From Schmidtea polychroa (lineage: Eukaryota), in NCBI GenBank assembly GCA_044892525.1, contig CM097885.1, positions 189,472,001-189,536,000 on the forward strand: DNA of 64,000 bases, written 5' to 3'. Position numbers and translations under genes: made by a program. Within the stretch, counting starts at the first letter, position 1, and every line of letters starts with the position of its first letter. Of this stretch, positions 27,422-39,899 are shown in pieces. Below the pieces are notes generated by a model. It worked only from the letters and a program-made list of their open reading frames with translations. It made no database searches and was not told the origin of the DNA.

Positions 27422-28173
27422 TTTTGGGGTTCAATAGGAGCCAAGATAAGGACATAAAGAGATTTTAGGAAGGGAACAAAGATAAATTAAAAATAGTATT
27501 TAATAATTACTTAAAATAGAAAATAATTACTATAGTTAGAGTTAAAATATAAATAGCAATAAACAATTACTATATTTAGATTTTAAATAGTAATAGTATT
27601 TTAATATATATAAATACATATAATTAAATAATTACTAAAAATAGATATAGTTGAGTTAAAAAATTATAAATACAGTTACAAATTTTAGTTTAAGGACGAA
27701 CTTAATATATCCAAAAAATGGACGGAAAATAGTAGAATTATAAAGAAGGCTCACAATAAGCAAACAACATTTAAATTTGCGATTAAGTCACATTGAGCAT
27801 ACATTTCAGTGAAATAAATATCGATCGAAAGTTGACAAAACTCATTTGAAATTTTTCAAATTTGGAATAGATAACAACCATTTTCGGGTTTATCTATTTA
27901 ATTTCTCAAGGATATTTGATAAATAATTAGTTAGTTTATTATTTTTATAGCATTAAATATATTTATTTTAAAAAGGGTCTAAGCATCAGTACGGCTTTTG
28001 TTACTGTTTCGCTTCTAGAATACAAGTCTTATCCATTTCTGGGATTAAGACTATAGCGTTTAAATTTTCGGGATTCACCCTAATCTTATTCTTGACACCT
28101 ATATCGGGATGTTGGCGCATTTAGGGCCAGCCTTGATACTTAGTAGTATTCTTCAGGACGGTTTGAATAACCG
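27422..28173 (+). mobile_element. Truncated 3' LTR of the decayed Gypsy copy, preceded by PPT AGGGGGAAGA (27410-27419)
   Basis: Homologous to 54985-55894, e.g. CCTATATCGGG..TGTTGGCGCATTTAGGGCCAGCCTTGAT. Confidence 0.85.
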
Positions 28174-28182
28174 ATATCTGTA

Positions 28183-28247
28183 CTATCTATTATCTATTAT
28201 CTATTATCTATTATCTATTATCTATTATCTATCTACTATCTATTACT
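28183..28247. repeat. (CTATTAT)n microsatellite at the LTR/non-LTR junction
   Basis: Direct 7-bp periodicity. Confidence 0.9.
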
Positions 28248-29542
28248 ATTTATTATTTCTTGCTTTAACCAGAAAGTAGTATTGATTATCTGTTAATTCA
28301 TACTTTTTAATTAGGTATGCTGATAGATTATTATTCCCTATTGTTTTGGCGATGTGCCCTTGGTGTATCATAGCATGCCATTTTTCAGCATACCACTTAC
28401 TAGTTAATGTATGTAATATTGACGATGTGTCTTCGAGGTTGTCATTATCTATATAATTTATTATATTATTATAATTAATCTCCAAAGAAAAACAATCATT
28501 AATAATCACAATTTTAGTATAGATATTAAATATTTCCATAAGTCTCTTATTTGAGTCTCTGAATTTTGAAAAAAGACAAAATGCTCCATTTATTTCTATC
28601 TTAATGTCACAGTTAATCCACTCTAATGCTTTAGCTATGTTTACATCCTTATTGCGTGAGCGTTGTTTCACTGCTTCAATGAGTTCACCTATTATGAAAT
28701 CTCTCATCTTTAAGTCATTGGAGTTAAACAATCTTATGAAATGGGTAATACTTTGTATTATGTATTCGTCAATGGTCTGCGTGATTCCTAACCCTCCTAA
28801 AGAGTAATGCGCATAAATAAAAAAGTTATTTAAATTTTGATGTATGTCTCCTAACTCATTTTTTATTATTTTTTTTATTTTTTGGTCAAACCCAAGTTGC
28901 TTTTCTCTATTTTGTACAATTTTATTCCTATTACAGTCTAAAATCATATGATTAATGGTACAAGTTCGAAAAGGGAATATAAATCATATATGCATTAAAT
29001 TTTTGCGCTGGATGTAGGTCTGATGCGTAAATATTTTCTTTTTCGTCAAGTGCTTTATCTAATATGTTTTCTATAGTATAGAAAGTTTGGCAACCGCTGT
29101 ACTATACTGTGTTTTCCCTTTTCTCCAAAGCATACTCCTAGACATCTATATATATTATCGTTATCTATTATTGGTATATTTTCATTATATATTCTTAATG
29201 GGGTGCCATTATGATTCTTATGATGCTGATAATAATCACACTTATTAGGTCTAAATTTGAGACCTGCTTTATCTGTCAACTCTATTATTTTATTAAACAT
29301 GTCTATGATGGTATTTCTCGACTCTGATATTAATACAATATCATCAGCATACGCCAATATGCTGACATTGTAATTACTAATGTGTAATGGGTAATTTTTA
29401 ATTATGTCCTTAAGTATAAAATTTATGGCAAGACAAAACAGTGTCATTGACATTGGGCAGCCTTGTCTAACACCATTGTTTATTTTAATCTTTTCAGTTA
29501 TTTGGCCTTCGCAGTTATAGTAAGTATAGCAGTTGTTATATA

Positions 29543-30771
29543 TGTTAGGGCTAGGCCTGGAGCCTTAAATTTAAAACAATAAAAAATTACTATATTTGGA
29601 AATAGTGTAAATAAAAATAATAAATAATTACTTAAAATAAAATATAGGTTTAATTAAATACTATAAATAGAAATAAGTTATACATAGTAATATTTAATCA
29701 TAGTGATACTATAAATAGTAATTATAATATTACTAATAATATATTAAACAAATATTGTTTATTATAAATACTGGTTCAAATCGAGAACCAGGGACGAACA
29801 ACTAGACGAGAAAAATCACGAGAAAAAAAATTAGAAAAATAATTTGTGTTATTTTTTGAAAGGCGAAGCAATTGAATTTCCATAGGTAAATCCAAAAATA
29901 TATTTTTGTGAGATTTTGAGAAAAGGATAAATTAGTATCCATTGAAGTTTTTCTTATAACATAGCGAATACAAAGTATTGATAACTTACTTTTTTATTTC
30001 CTGGATGCCCCAAAATAATCCCACTTGCTTATCCAACTCTTTCGTCGACTTTGCGATCGTTGTGCTACACAGGAGCCATCGATTTCTTGCAGGCTGAGAT
30101 AAACAGCAAGGATTAATAAATCCATTGTCTTGTATTTTCACATTGCACATTTGTAAATTACTATTTGTAAATTATTAATAAAAGTTTTAAAAGAAAGAAG
30201 TTGGTTTTGTTTATATTTAATAAATATGCGTAACCACATTATATATCATATATATATTTTATAACTATATTTATATTTCATTTGGAGTCATAGTGTTGAG
30301 ATCAGTAACACCCACCTTTCGATCTTAACATTTTGGTGAGCCCGAAGTGATACAATTTATGGGGGGAATAAAAATATTATTTATAGAAGACAAATATCTT
30401 TTTGAATCATTGAGGAGAGTAATAAATTTTCGACCAGGTAATGGAAACCAGCAAATAATGGCAGAAATAAATAATTTACAAAATTTAAATGAGAATAATT
30501 TACCAAATAATAATAATGATGTGCCTGTAGCTCAACCACCAGCGGTATATTTATGAGGTATCCAACAATTCCGATTAAACGATTTAGTGGAAACCCAGGA
30601 GAGTTTCCAGAATTTATGTCCGAATATTTTCAGTTAGCCAGAGCATTAGGATTCCCGGAACCTGTAATGATTTTGAAATATATATCGTATTTTTATATTT
30701 TATAACTATATTTATATTTCATTTGGAGTCATAGTGTTGAGATCAGTAACCCCCACCTTTCGATCTTAACA
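29543..30771 (+). mobile_element. LTR retrotransposon deletion derivative: 5' LTR (29543-30330), PBS, gag start, and ~95-bp 3' LTR end
   Basis: TG...CA termini; TATA TSD; 30235-30330 duplicated at 30676-30771; gag-like PIKRFSGNPGEFPEFMSEYFQLARALG; LTR end resembles that of 54985-55894. Confidence 0.85.
30334..30351 (+). promoter_or_regulatory. Primer-binding site, tRNA-Trp type
   Basis: TGGTGAGCCCGAAGTGAT lies 3 nt after the LTR end; 16/18 match to the tRNA-Trp PBS TGGTGACCCCGACGTGAT. Confidence 0.75.
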
Positions 30772-31257
30772 TATATATTTTTAAAAATACCTAATGTGTT
30801 ATCATTAATCCCTAATTCAGTGAGTGTTTGCCATATTAAATTGTGGGGTACACTGCCAAATGCATCTGCAAAAATTCTGGCCGGTGCTACGAATGTTATT
30901 ATCATAAATATTTTTGGACATTTTAGGCTATGCTTGGGTAAGAAAGATTACTTTTTATAATATATTTAATCGTGTCAAGACTCAAACAATTTTCTAGCCT
31001 AAAGTTTTCCGAAACATTTTGATTTCATCATGAGTCTGCTACATACATATAAGTAACATTTGTAAATCGTAACGAAGGGTTTTATAAAGCACTATGTCGG
31101 GTTTCTTATTATCATTATCAATATAGATTTTGAACTTTGACCGAAATAAAGCGTACCTTGACAAGGAAAGCCCATATGTGATTCATAAAGATTAAAATTA
31201 TGAAGTTATGTGTAATAATTTCATTTTTTGAAATCTCGTAAGTGATATGGTCACAAA

Positions 31258-32253
31258 ATGAACCTTTGGTTCACACATTTTAGAATGTTATTTTCAAAAT
31301 ATTATGCCTTTTTATTTGTGATTTGTGTCGTGATAAATTGTCCAAATGCTTTAATAATCCAGCCCCATATAACAGAAAATGTTTCTCATATATTTTGTGG
31401 ATCTCAGAATTTAAAGTTTTACAACCACACTCCATTTTGGTATATAAATAACGAATTAAATCTTTGTGATGGTGAAATATTCTTGCTAACTTACGTTCAA
31501 AGTTCCTCTTGGCATTTTCACAGAAGGGAAATGATTCGTCAAACTTGGGGCTCAATTAAAACGGTTGACGGGTATCCAGTGCGTTTACTGTTCTTGGTTG
31601 GACAAATATCTGACGAGATATTACAAATGAAAGTAAAAAAAGAAATCAAAGATTATCAAGATGTTGTTCAAGCGGATTTCCTTGATACATATAATAACTT
31701 GACTTTAAAACATCTTGTAGCCCTTCACTGGATTCATAATTATTGTTCTCATGCTAAATTCATTCTGAAAACCGATGATGATACTTTTGTCAGTATTTTT
31801 CAAGTGGTTTACTATCTGGCGGAAAACTTCAATCCATTAGAAAAATTTATTCTTGGAAAAATAATAAACAAAGCTAGACCATTTCGAGGAATAAGCAAAT
31901 GGCGCATCTCTAGAGAGATTTATCCAGATGAATTCTATCCTCCATATATAGGTGGAGCGGCTTATGTGATATCCCAAAGTGCGATCTATCCACTTTACGT
32001 GTGTTCGTATTTCCACAAGCCTTTCTATATTGATGATATCTTTATTACTGGATTTATTAGGAAGTTGTCCAATGTCAATTTGAGGAGCTTGGACTGGCAA
32101 TTTGGACCGAAAACTTTATTCCATAAAAGGATAGGTATGAATTGGATGGAGAACTTATTTTTTGTGACCCAATATCGATTTGATGTGGAAATCTGGAAGA
32201 ATTTATGGTCGAATGTCCTCAAAATTGAATTGGAAGATTTTTATGGGTTTTAA
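31258..32253 (+). CDS. Beta-1,3-galactosyltransferase-like glycosyltransferase (GT31, Galactosyl_T), single exon
   Basis: 331 aa; N-terminal TM; RREMIRQTWG, DFLDTYNNLTLK, KTDDD, YPPYIGGAAYV and IDDIFITG motifs. Confidence 0.93.
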   Translation: MNLWFTHFRMLFSKYYAFLFVICVVINCPNALIIQPHITENVSHIFCGSQNLKFYNHTPFWYINNELNLCDGEIFLLTYVQSSSWHFHRREMIRQTWGSIKTVDGYPVRLLFLVGQISDEILQMKVKKEIKDYQDVVQADFLDTYNNLTLKHLVALHWIHNYCSHAKFILKTDDDTFVSIFQVVYYLAENFNPLEKFILGKIINKARPFRGISKWRISREIYPDEFYPPYIGGAAYVISQSAIYPLYVCSYFHKPFYIDDIFITGFIRKLSNVNLRSLDWQFGPKTLFHKRIGMNWMENLFFVTQYRFDVEIWKNLWSNVLKIELEDFYGF

Positions 32254-32743
32254 CATTTGTATCTTGTTTTTTAATTCATCTATCAATTTTTGTCAATATA
32301 TTATCTAAACCACCCTTTTATGCTAGAATTCCCCGCGAAGAAATACTTTCTTCGTTGAAGATTCAGTCAATGACAATTAAAAAATAACAGTTTTTCAAAT
32401 CCGTATTTAGGTATACAGTAAATTCTTATTAAGTGTCACATATGATACGTGTTTAACTCGATGTTTATCGCACTCAACAGCCATCTTGTTGGATAAGTAA
32501 AGCCCTCAAAAAATGATTGAAAGATTTATTCAATAAAGTTCGGTAACGGTCACTTCCTATTTTTTATTCGTTTTTAATATTATTGATTTACTGCTTGTGA
32601 CACTTATCAAGAATTTACTATATTCAATTTTTAAAGTCATTGTCTTCTAAAATGTTCTCCTTTTGAATAAATTGACATATTCGTTTCTTTAGGTTATAAT
32701 AATTCCTTTTCTCTCAAATCTAAATTCTGACTTGCGATCCTAT

Positions 32744-33777
32744 TGTTGGGTTATTGGGTTGGTGATAATCTTTGTAAAGTTAAAATCCTTACTCTGACTC
32801 CAAGCGTGTCTTTGACTGACCTACAAATAACACTTGAACACAGAAATCTTTATTGAGAATTACAAATTATTTTCACTTTACACTGACAATCAATTCAACA
32901 CTCTGCTCGGTGACTATACAATACTTATTGCAACACTCAGTGAGGAATAGCACTCGTGTACAACACTGGATTGAAAGATCACTAACTACTGATTAGTTTA
33001 TCGACAGGGATTTTGAGTTGGTTGTTTCCTTTGACCTTCTTCGATAACTTTATTAAAAATATTCCAATAACTTCTTTTCGTTTATTTCTCAACTAATTCC
33101 TTTCTGAAAATCTTTTTCAGGAATTATTCTCTAACAAATCGTTTTCCAATAAATACTCGTCTCGATGACTTCTATAAATTTCACCCACAATTTCTCCGTA
33201 AAATTTTCTCCGTTAGTTTTATCTCCTTTTACCGCAGACTCTTGACTTGTTTTCCGTTTAGTTTTCCAATAAATTTTAGTTTATTATTGTATCTGATTTT
33301 GTGCCTCGGTTTTTGTCTGATTTCTCGACCAACAGTTCCTCTTTATTTAGCTCGTTTCATTTGTGGCACTAGAGATAATCTAATGTTTCCCACTTCTCTT
33401 TCTCCCGTATTTCCCAACTGTTCTCATTTTATCTCTGACAGTTGTCGAGATATGTTTTACTTTTCCCCTTTTATTGTTTGGCCGACTTCTCTCGGCAATT
33501 CCGATATCTCTGACAAACTGTTAAGATATCATCTTTTCCTCGTGTTCTGTTTTTGGAATTTGAAATTCCTTTTCTCCTTTGTGCTAATTAATTAATGATG
33601 ACCTTTATTTTGCTTTTTTGTTTGTTTTCTTTTGTTTGATTTCTTTTTCTCATTTTCCATTTCTTTTCACTTTTGTTTCCTTTTCCGAGTTCCATTAATC
33701 GTCCCGTTTCTCATGACGATTTTCCCCAGGTAATTTACTTATTTATTATATGATTTGCTATTTAGGTATCCTCAACA
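32744..33777 (+). mobile_element. Solo LTR, subfamily B
   Basis: TGTTGGGTTATTGGG...GGTATCCTCAACA termini; 4-bp TSD CTAT. Confidence 0.9.
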
Positions 33778-34214
33778 CTATTCTCCATACCCGTAGTTTT
33801 CATTGTTGGCCATAATTACCATTTCCAGCAGGAATTCCTACTTTTGAAAATAACACTGTATTATTTCCAACGCAGTATTATTATTCTTTTTTCTTACAAA
33901 TATCATCAAATTATAATTTAAAAAGTAATTAATAGCAGCATCAATTACTTTTAACAACGAGTATTTCTTTAGGGACCTCCATCCATAGTAATATTAAATA
34001 TTTCTTTCATTCAATCTCCATAGTCTTAATGTTGTTGAAGGAACAATTTAGCCTGATATTATGACAATTTATGTTTACCCATTGGATCAGTAAAATAATT
34101 GAAGTATTATCGCTTCCCCCTTTTCTCTTTAAAAGTTAAACAATTAGTTCATACAAAAAATATATATTTTTTGGGTTAGTGTAAATGCTATATGATTTTT
34201 TCACTACTGACTAA

Positions 34215-34880
34215 CAGTACCGGTTCTAGAAGTTTTCTGTGTGTAGGCGAGATGCGAATTTGCCGCCGCAAAAATAACAAATACATATATATTTGTATTT
34301 TAATACGAAAAATTAAACAAAATTCAGTTTATAAAAAATAAAAAATAACAAAACAAATAATAATTAAAAGTGAATTTTTCTTGCTTTTAATTCTCCTAAA
34401 TCCTTAACCAAATCTTTCATGTCTAATTGATCAGCAATTTCATTTTCTATGGAAATCGTGACTAGACAAACGATCTTGAGACATTTCTGATCTCAAATAA
34501 GATTTTATTATTTTCAGCTTTGAAAAACTTCTTTCAGCACTAGCAACTGTGACTGTTATCATTAGCAGTATTCAAAGTGCTATCGACATGGTGGGGACTA
34601 CTTCAACAATTTTAGACGTGTAAATATATTTTAACACACTTTTTGGATTGCTTTTCGAAGTATCGAGTCGTTTTCCTAAAGCTTTAATTTCATCCCAAAG
34701 TTCGACCCCATTGATGTCTGATTGGTCATCGGATGTAAGCGCTAACTGCAAGTTCTTACTGCAATAATTCGTCATCCGATATTGTAAAGAAACCCAAATA
34801 ACTCGCTATATTCTGATAATTGCGTAAATCTTTCATTTGTTGCTTGAATTGTGATGTCCAATATTCGACTTTAATTTACT
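34215..34880 (-). pseudogene. hAT transposase C-terminal remnant with one terminus (CAGTACCGG)
   Basis: Degenerate TVTVASAEK.FSKL...RS..LV.ISIENEI dimerisation motif at 34440-34560. Confidence 0.65.
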
Positions 34881-36018
34881 TTAATTTAACCGTTTATTTA
34901 CTTAATTTAACATTTGTTTACCAAATATTACTTTAATTTACTTATTTATCCTTAATTTATCTATTATTATTATTACTATTATTATTTCATTAAAATTTCT
35001 ACTAAACATTTACTTAAAAAATTATTTCATAAAAAGTTCCATTAAAAAATTTCATTTCTCAAAAAAAGTTGGTTATTAATAAATTTAAAAATCTTACTTT
35101 AATTTACTTATTTAAAAATTATTAATTTAATTTAAAATTTTTGACTATTGATTACTTCATTTAAATAGCTGAACCTTAATTTACTTATTTAGCCCATAAT
35201 TTACTTTAATTTAAAATTTTAGACCATAATTTACTTATTTACCATGCATTTTTAGTGAAGACCCTCTTTTTGTATTGAAAATTCCAGGACCAAGAAGACC
35301 CCCTCACTGTAGTCAAAGAAATCCTGGCTTTTTTTCTATAGGTCCCTTTATTTGCATTGGAAAAATATGAGTAGCCCACTGCAACAATTACGTAATCAAA
35401 AAAAGCAAAAAAATGTTGCTCCAACCCCCCCCCCGGTAGGGGTGGGGGTAAGTGCGGCAGGGGGCTACTAATTACCTACTCAGTACCAGCATCACAGTCG
35501 TTTAAATTCATTTATGAAAATATTATCCAGTCAACGTTTCCAAATGTTTTAACACTGTTAGGAATTTCTAGCTGTCTCGAAATCAAGAATGCTTCTGTTG
35601 AACGAACCTTTTCGCAGTAAAAATTACTTAAAAATTGTTAGCCGCAACAACGTCGAATTCATTTTCAATCTCCATAATTAATAAATTAACCAAATAAAAT
35701 TACTAAATTTATTTTATTCAAAAAACTGCGCTTGTTTGTAATATTCAAACAATCTGTTCGAGGCTTTTTTATTATTTTAATTTTGATGCTGATTTCAATG
35801 CTGGTTAAATTTATTTTAATATTTAATATATTTTAATTTATTTTTATATTTTAAACTTACTTTAATTTATTAATTTAAATATTTATATAAAAATTTATGT
35901 AATCTGATATATACAATTTAAATGTTTATTAGCAATATCCAGTTTTAACTTAAACGTGAATTCTTTCATCCCTTTCATCCCCCTTCTTTAAATTCTTTAA
36001 TCTTTTCAATATTCCTGA

Positions 36019-36690
36019 TTAAAGACTTCCCACTTTATCTCTCAGCATATAACTGCGATCGTGTATTCGTTTTCTTACCGTGTATGGTCCTTCATATCTA
36101 TCTTGATCCTTTTTTCGTATTTCTCGTTTGATTAACACTTTGTCTCCAATATCCAACCTCCTTGCAGTTGTTGTTTCCTCATTTTGTCTTTTACTTTCAA
36201 TTTTCAATGCGATATAGTTCCTGTTGATTCTACTATCATTATACCATTTTGATCTATCAAAAATAATATTATCCTCTATTATAAACCTTCCACTCGTTTG
36301 CGTTCTTATTTTATTTTTAATCTCCTCTATTACATCACTATTCATTTGCCATTCCTCTCCTTTGTCTTCAGTCATTATATTTAACATTCTGGTTTTCCTT
36401 CTTCCCATTTTAGGATTATCGTGTTCCATAAGACATTGTACACATGTGCCACACGTTTTCCTCCATAACATGTCTGCGTTAGTATGTAGTGTACCCTTTC
36501 TAAATTCCATTTTTATATCAAGGCTACTTAAATAGTTTATCCAGGTCTGGAATTGAGCTGTAATTGGCTTCTTCGTGGTTAGCATAAATGTTATTGCTTT
36601 ATGATCTGTACGTAGTGTAAATCTTTTTCCATATAAATAGTGATTGAAATGCCGACAAAAATAATATATAGCCAGGAGTTCCTTTCTTGC
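36019..36690 (-). pseudogene. Gypsy pol remnant (RNase H fused by deletion to the integrase tail)
   Basis: KELLAIY..RHFNHYLYGKRFTLRTDH, HTNADML and RYEGPY motifs. Confidence 0.8.
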
Positions 36691-37565
36691 AAAAGGTTTT
36701 TTTCCAAGATATCCTGAAAGATTTCACCACAAACAAATTGAATAAAGTGAACATTTAAAGTTTTTAAAGTTGATTTATTAAAATTAAAAATATTTAATTT
36801 TTATTTGATAATAATATAATTGTTGACGTTTTGTTTGTTTAATAAAAATTTATTAAATTTCTTTTTAAATTGTTGGTCAAAATAAAAAACCCATCAGAAG
36901 AAAATTTGCAACGGGACCCAAAAATTCAATTGTCTAGAGGCATCCAAAATGTTTAACCCGGCACTGTCAGCAAGGGCCCTTGTAATTTGGAATAATTCCG
37001 AATGCTATATCAAATTTTATGATATTTTATTGTGATTTCTTTTGTCTTTTACTTGAATTACTTACTTATTTACATTTTGACTGCGATGAAGTAAATTCAA
37101 TGTGTTAGAAATTTGAAGAAATATTTCCAAATTTTATTTTTATTTATGAAAATGAAATAATAACAATAAAATTCATTAATTAATATACATTTTGAATTAG
37201 AAATGAACATAAAAAACATCTTTCAATAAATAGAAGTTCAAAATTAATTTAAATCAAGAAACTAAAAATGATATAATTAAAACAAATAAATATTTTATTA
37301 AGTCAATTGTATAATTGTTTTGATTGTAAAGATACAAAATAGTAAATTGAATGAAGACAAATTAAATAAGAAAGTGGAAATGTGAAGAAGAAATTCAATG
37401 AAGAATAATACATAAAGAAAAGTTAAAGTGACCAGACTCAAGTTGTTTAAAAAGATGTGTAAAATCAAAAATGGTGAACTAAAAAATGAAATTTCACAAT
37501 TTTGATTACCTCATAGTTTCATTTAATAGAGAATTTAATTTCAAGTATATTGACATAAAAGATTC

Positions 37566-37674
37566 GGATCAAGGTCAAAATTCCCCCCTGCGGGGGGGAT
37601 TTTGACCTTGTTTAAATAAATATTATTAATATTAAATAAATAACAATTAAATAATAAATGAATAATAAATTAAT

Positions 37675-37705
<31 letters not shown>

Positions 37706-37976
37706 ATCTATATACTCCGAGTCTATCCGACAAAATATTTTGTCCCCCTAAGGGTAATGCTCACAAGGGTACTGGTCATATTCAACATGTCGCAAGGGTA
37801 TTATTATTATTATTTTTTTTGTATATTTTATTAATATTTTTACGGGGGAGATTTTGACCTTGATCCATGATTTTGATTTATTATTATTTTTTATTTTTTT
37901 TGTATATTTTATTAATATTTTTACGGGGGGGATTTTGAACTTGTTCACAAACCGGGGGGGATTTTGACCTTGATCC
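37566..37976. repeat. Palindrome plus repeated GGGGATTTTGACCTTGATCC motifs (probable transposon subterminal repeats)
   Basis: Near-perfect hairpin CAAGGTCAAAAT-CCCCCC/GGGGGG-ATTTTGACCTTG at ~37569-37611; motif recurs at ~37845, ~37925 and ~37955. Confidence 0.7.
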
Positions 37977-38001
37977 AAAGATTCTTATAAAATATGAAAA
38001 T

Positions 38002-38932
38002 TGTTGGGTTATTGGGTTGGTGACAATGTTTGTAAATTCAAACTTTTACTCTGACTCCAAAGCGTGTTTATTAATTCACAATTCAACACTCCTGGACACG
38101 ATAAGCTTTATTAATATTCACACTGGATTGTACAAATTTCAATTAACTATAAACCAATTTATCAACCAAAACTTATATGGACACTACATGAAGAATACCC
38201 CTTTCTGTAACCACAACAATAATCACTAGCCGTCAACCACTCAATTACAAGGTACGTTGATCGATTGGTCTATTTACTTTGACCATCAATTTATTTACTA
38301 CACTTCCACTTTATATTCAATTTTACAAAATATTCTCGTCACTTCTCGTCTCACTCTGTTCTGAACTCTGTTTAATTCTCCCTTTGAATGTTCCTTTAAA
38401 TTCTTCTTTTGATTCTATTTTTAAACTCAAAATTTAATTCTCTTTTTAACTCTCGTTTTCTTCTCTCGTTGTCTCGTTTTTTGTTCTACTTTTGTTCTGA
38501 TTTCTCGGTCAACTGTTCCGCTTTATATTGTCTGTTTCATTTGTGGCACAGGCGACAGATTCTGTTTTCCATTTTCCTTTTCCCCTGCGCCAGCCTTATC
38601 TCTGATAGATATCAAGATGTGCCTTGTTTTTCTTTTTTCATGTTGTGCCGACTTTCGCTATCTTTGACAAGCTGTCAAGATGCGGCTTTCCCCATATTTT
38701 TGTTTTACTGGAATTTGAAATCCCACCTTCACTTGTACTTCTTAATTAACAATGACCTTTGTTTAAATTTCTTGTTGGTTTTCTTTTATTTGATTTCTGT
38801 TTCTCATTTTTCATTTTTTTTGCTTCCGTTCTCTTTTCTGAGTTCCCATATAAAGTCCCGTTTGTCATGACGATCTTCCCCCAGGTAATTTATTTATTTA
38901 TTATGTTATTTATCATTTAGGTATCCTCAACA
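38002..38932 (+). mobile_element. Solo LTR, subfamily B
   Basis: Same termini as 32744-33777; 4-bp TSD AAAT. Confidence 0.9.
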
Positions 38933-39085
38933 AAATTGATGACGAAATCAACGATTTAAACAAAATTAAAATTATTATATAATTGCTAATTAAAACAAAA
39001 TTTTAAATTTAAAAAAATAGATGTAGAGGGGGGTGTCCAAAATTTTCGCTCAAAAAAAGTTTGTGAGAGTCGAGGATTCCTGTTG

Positions 39086-39698
39086 AGCTGGACAAAAGGA
39101 CCCCTGACAAAACGGTCCCCGACAAAGAGACTTCTGATATAAGGATCCTTGGCAAAACCGATCCCTGTCTAAAGGTTTACCGCCAATAGGACCGCGTAGA
39201 TAGAAATATTTGTATGTATCTTGATTTCAAAACGACTTTATCTGTGACTTTTTAAGCATTAACTGGTAAAAGAATGCCTACATATCTCTAGCAACAAACC
39301 ATTTGGGCTGTTTAAAATAGGTTCCATATGTTTGTTATTACATATGCATAGAGTAACATGGAATGATTTTGGCAGGGGAGAAGTTGGAATTTCATAAGGA
39401 CCAGGAGAAGCCGGAATAGTAAATTTGGCATGAATTCGATCGATCTTGTTAGTGAAGAATTCATGGAATGCGTTAGCAAGATTGGATGTATCAGGCTGGT
39501 CAGGAAGAGAATATGTGGCGGTGCGGTGTAAAATAAAATTTAGGGTTTTCTAGAGCGAGTGGGGAAAGTGTATAGTTGTTGATAGGGTGTGAAACTTCCG
39601 GAAACAGTGTGTTTTTGTTTACTCAGTGTTTACGCGGTTCTATTGGTGGGGGACCTTTTGAGCGGGTCTTTTTGTCGGGGCTCTTTTGACGGGTCACC
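39086..39698. mobile_element. Foldback/MULE-like MITE with ~15-bp subrepeats in its TIRs
   Basis: CCAATAGGACCGCGTA / TACGCGGTTCTATTGG inverted pair; GACAAAAG..CCC subrepeats in opposite orientations on the two sides. Confidence 0.5.
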
Positions 39699-39899
39699 AA
39701 GAAAATCATATATACAAAAAATCATTGAACAATTGTGGACCTGGTGGGTATCTTTTTTTAAGGACTGCAAAAAAAATGTATATTACTTCTAAAATAAATT
39801 CTAAATGAAAAAATAATCTCAAATTCTAGGGAATTATGTCCAAGAAACGCCAATGTACATTTACTGGCGAGTTGAATTAAAAACTAAATTATTTCTGTC

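Larger units (their letters stand above)
20440..28173 (+). mobile_element. Decayed, 5'-truncated copy of the envelope-bearing Gypsy element (same family as 54985-64000)
   Basis: Colinear homology to the 57962-63919 ORF (protease, RNase H, integrase ends, Fn3-like/TM tail), ORF2, PPT and LTR; large deletions at ~21462 and ~22500. Confidence 0.93.
28246..30875 (-). mobile_element. R2/NeSL-like (RLE-clade) non-LTR retrotransposon RT fragment, interrupted by the LTR element at 29543-30771
   Basis: FADAFGSVPH (30830-30870), GVRQGCPMS, LAYADD, GGLG and HQG...KARNN motifs; reading frame rejoins across the insertion. Confidence 0.85.

Noticed and set aside
33242-33595. Phe/Leu/Ser-rich ORFs in solo LTRs (also 38409-38870 and the many 11.2-13.0 kb minus-strand ORFs)
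   Set aside because: They arise from T/C-rich strand bias and have no motifs.
34215-36966. Single hAT element bounded by CAGTACCGG and CCGGCACTG
   Set aside because: Flanking 8-mers (CTGACTAA vs TCAGCAAG) do not match, so the ends cannot be paired.
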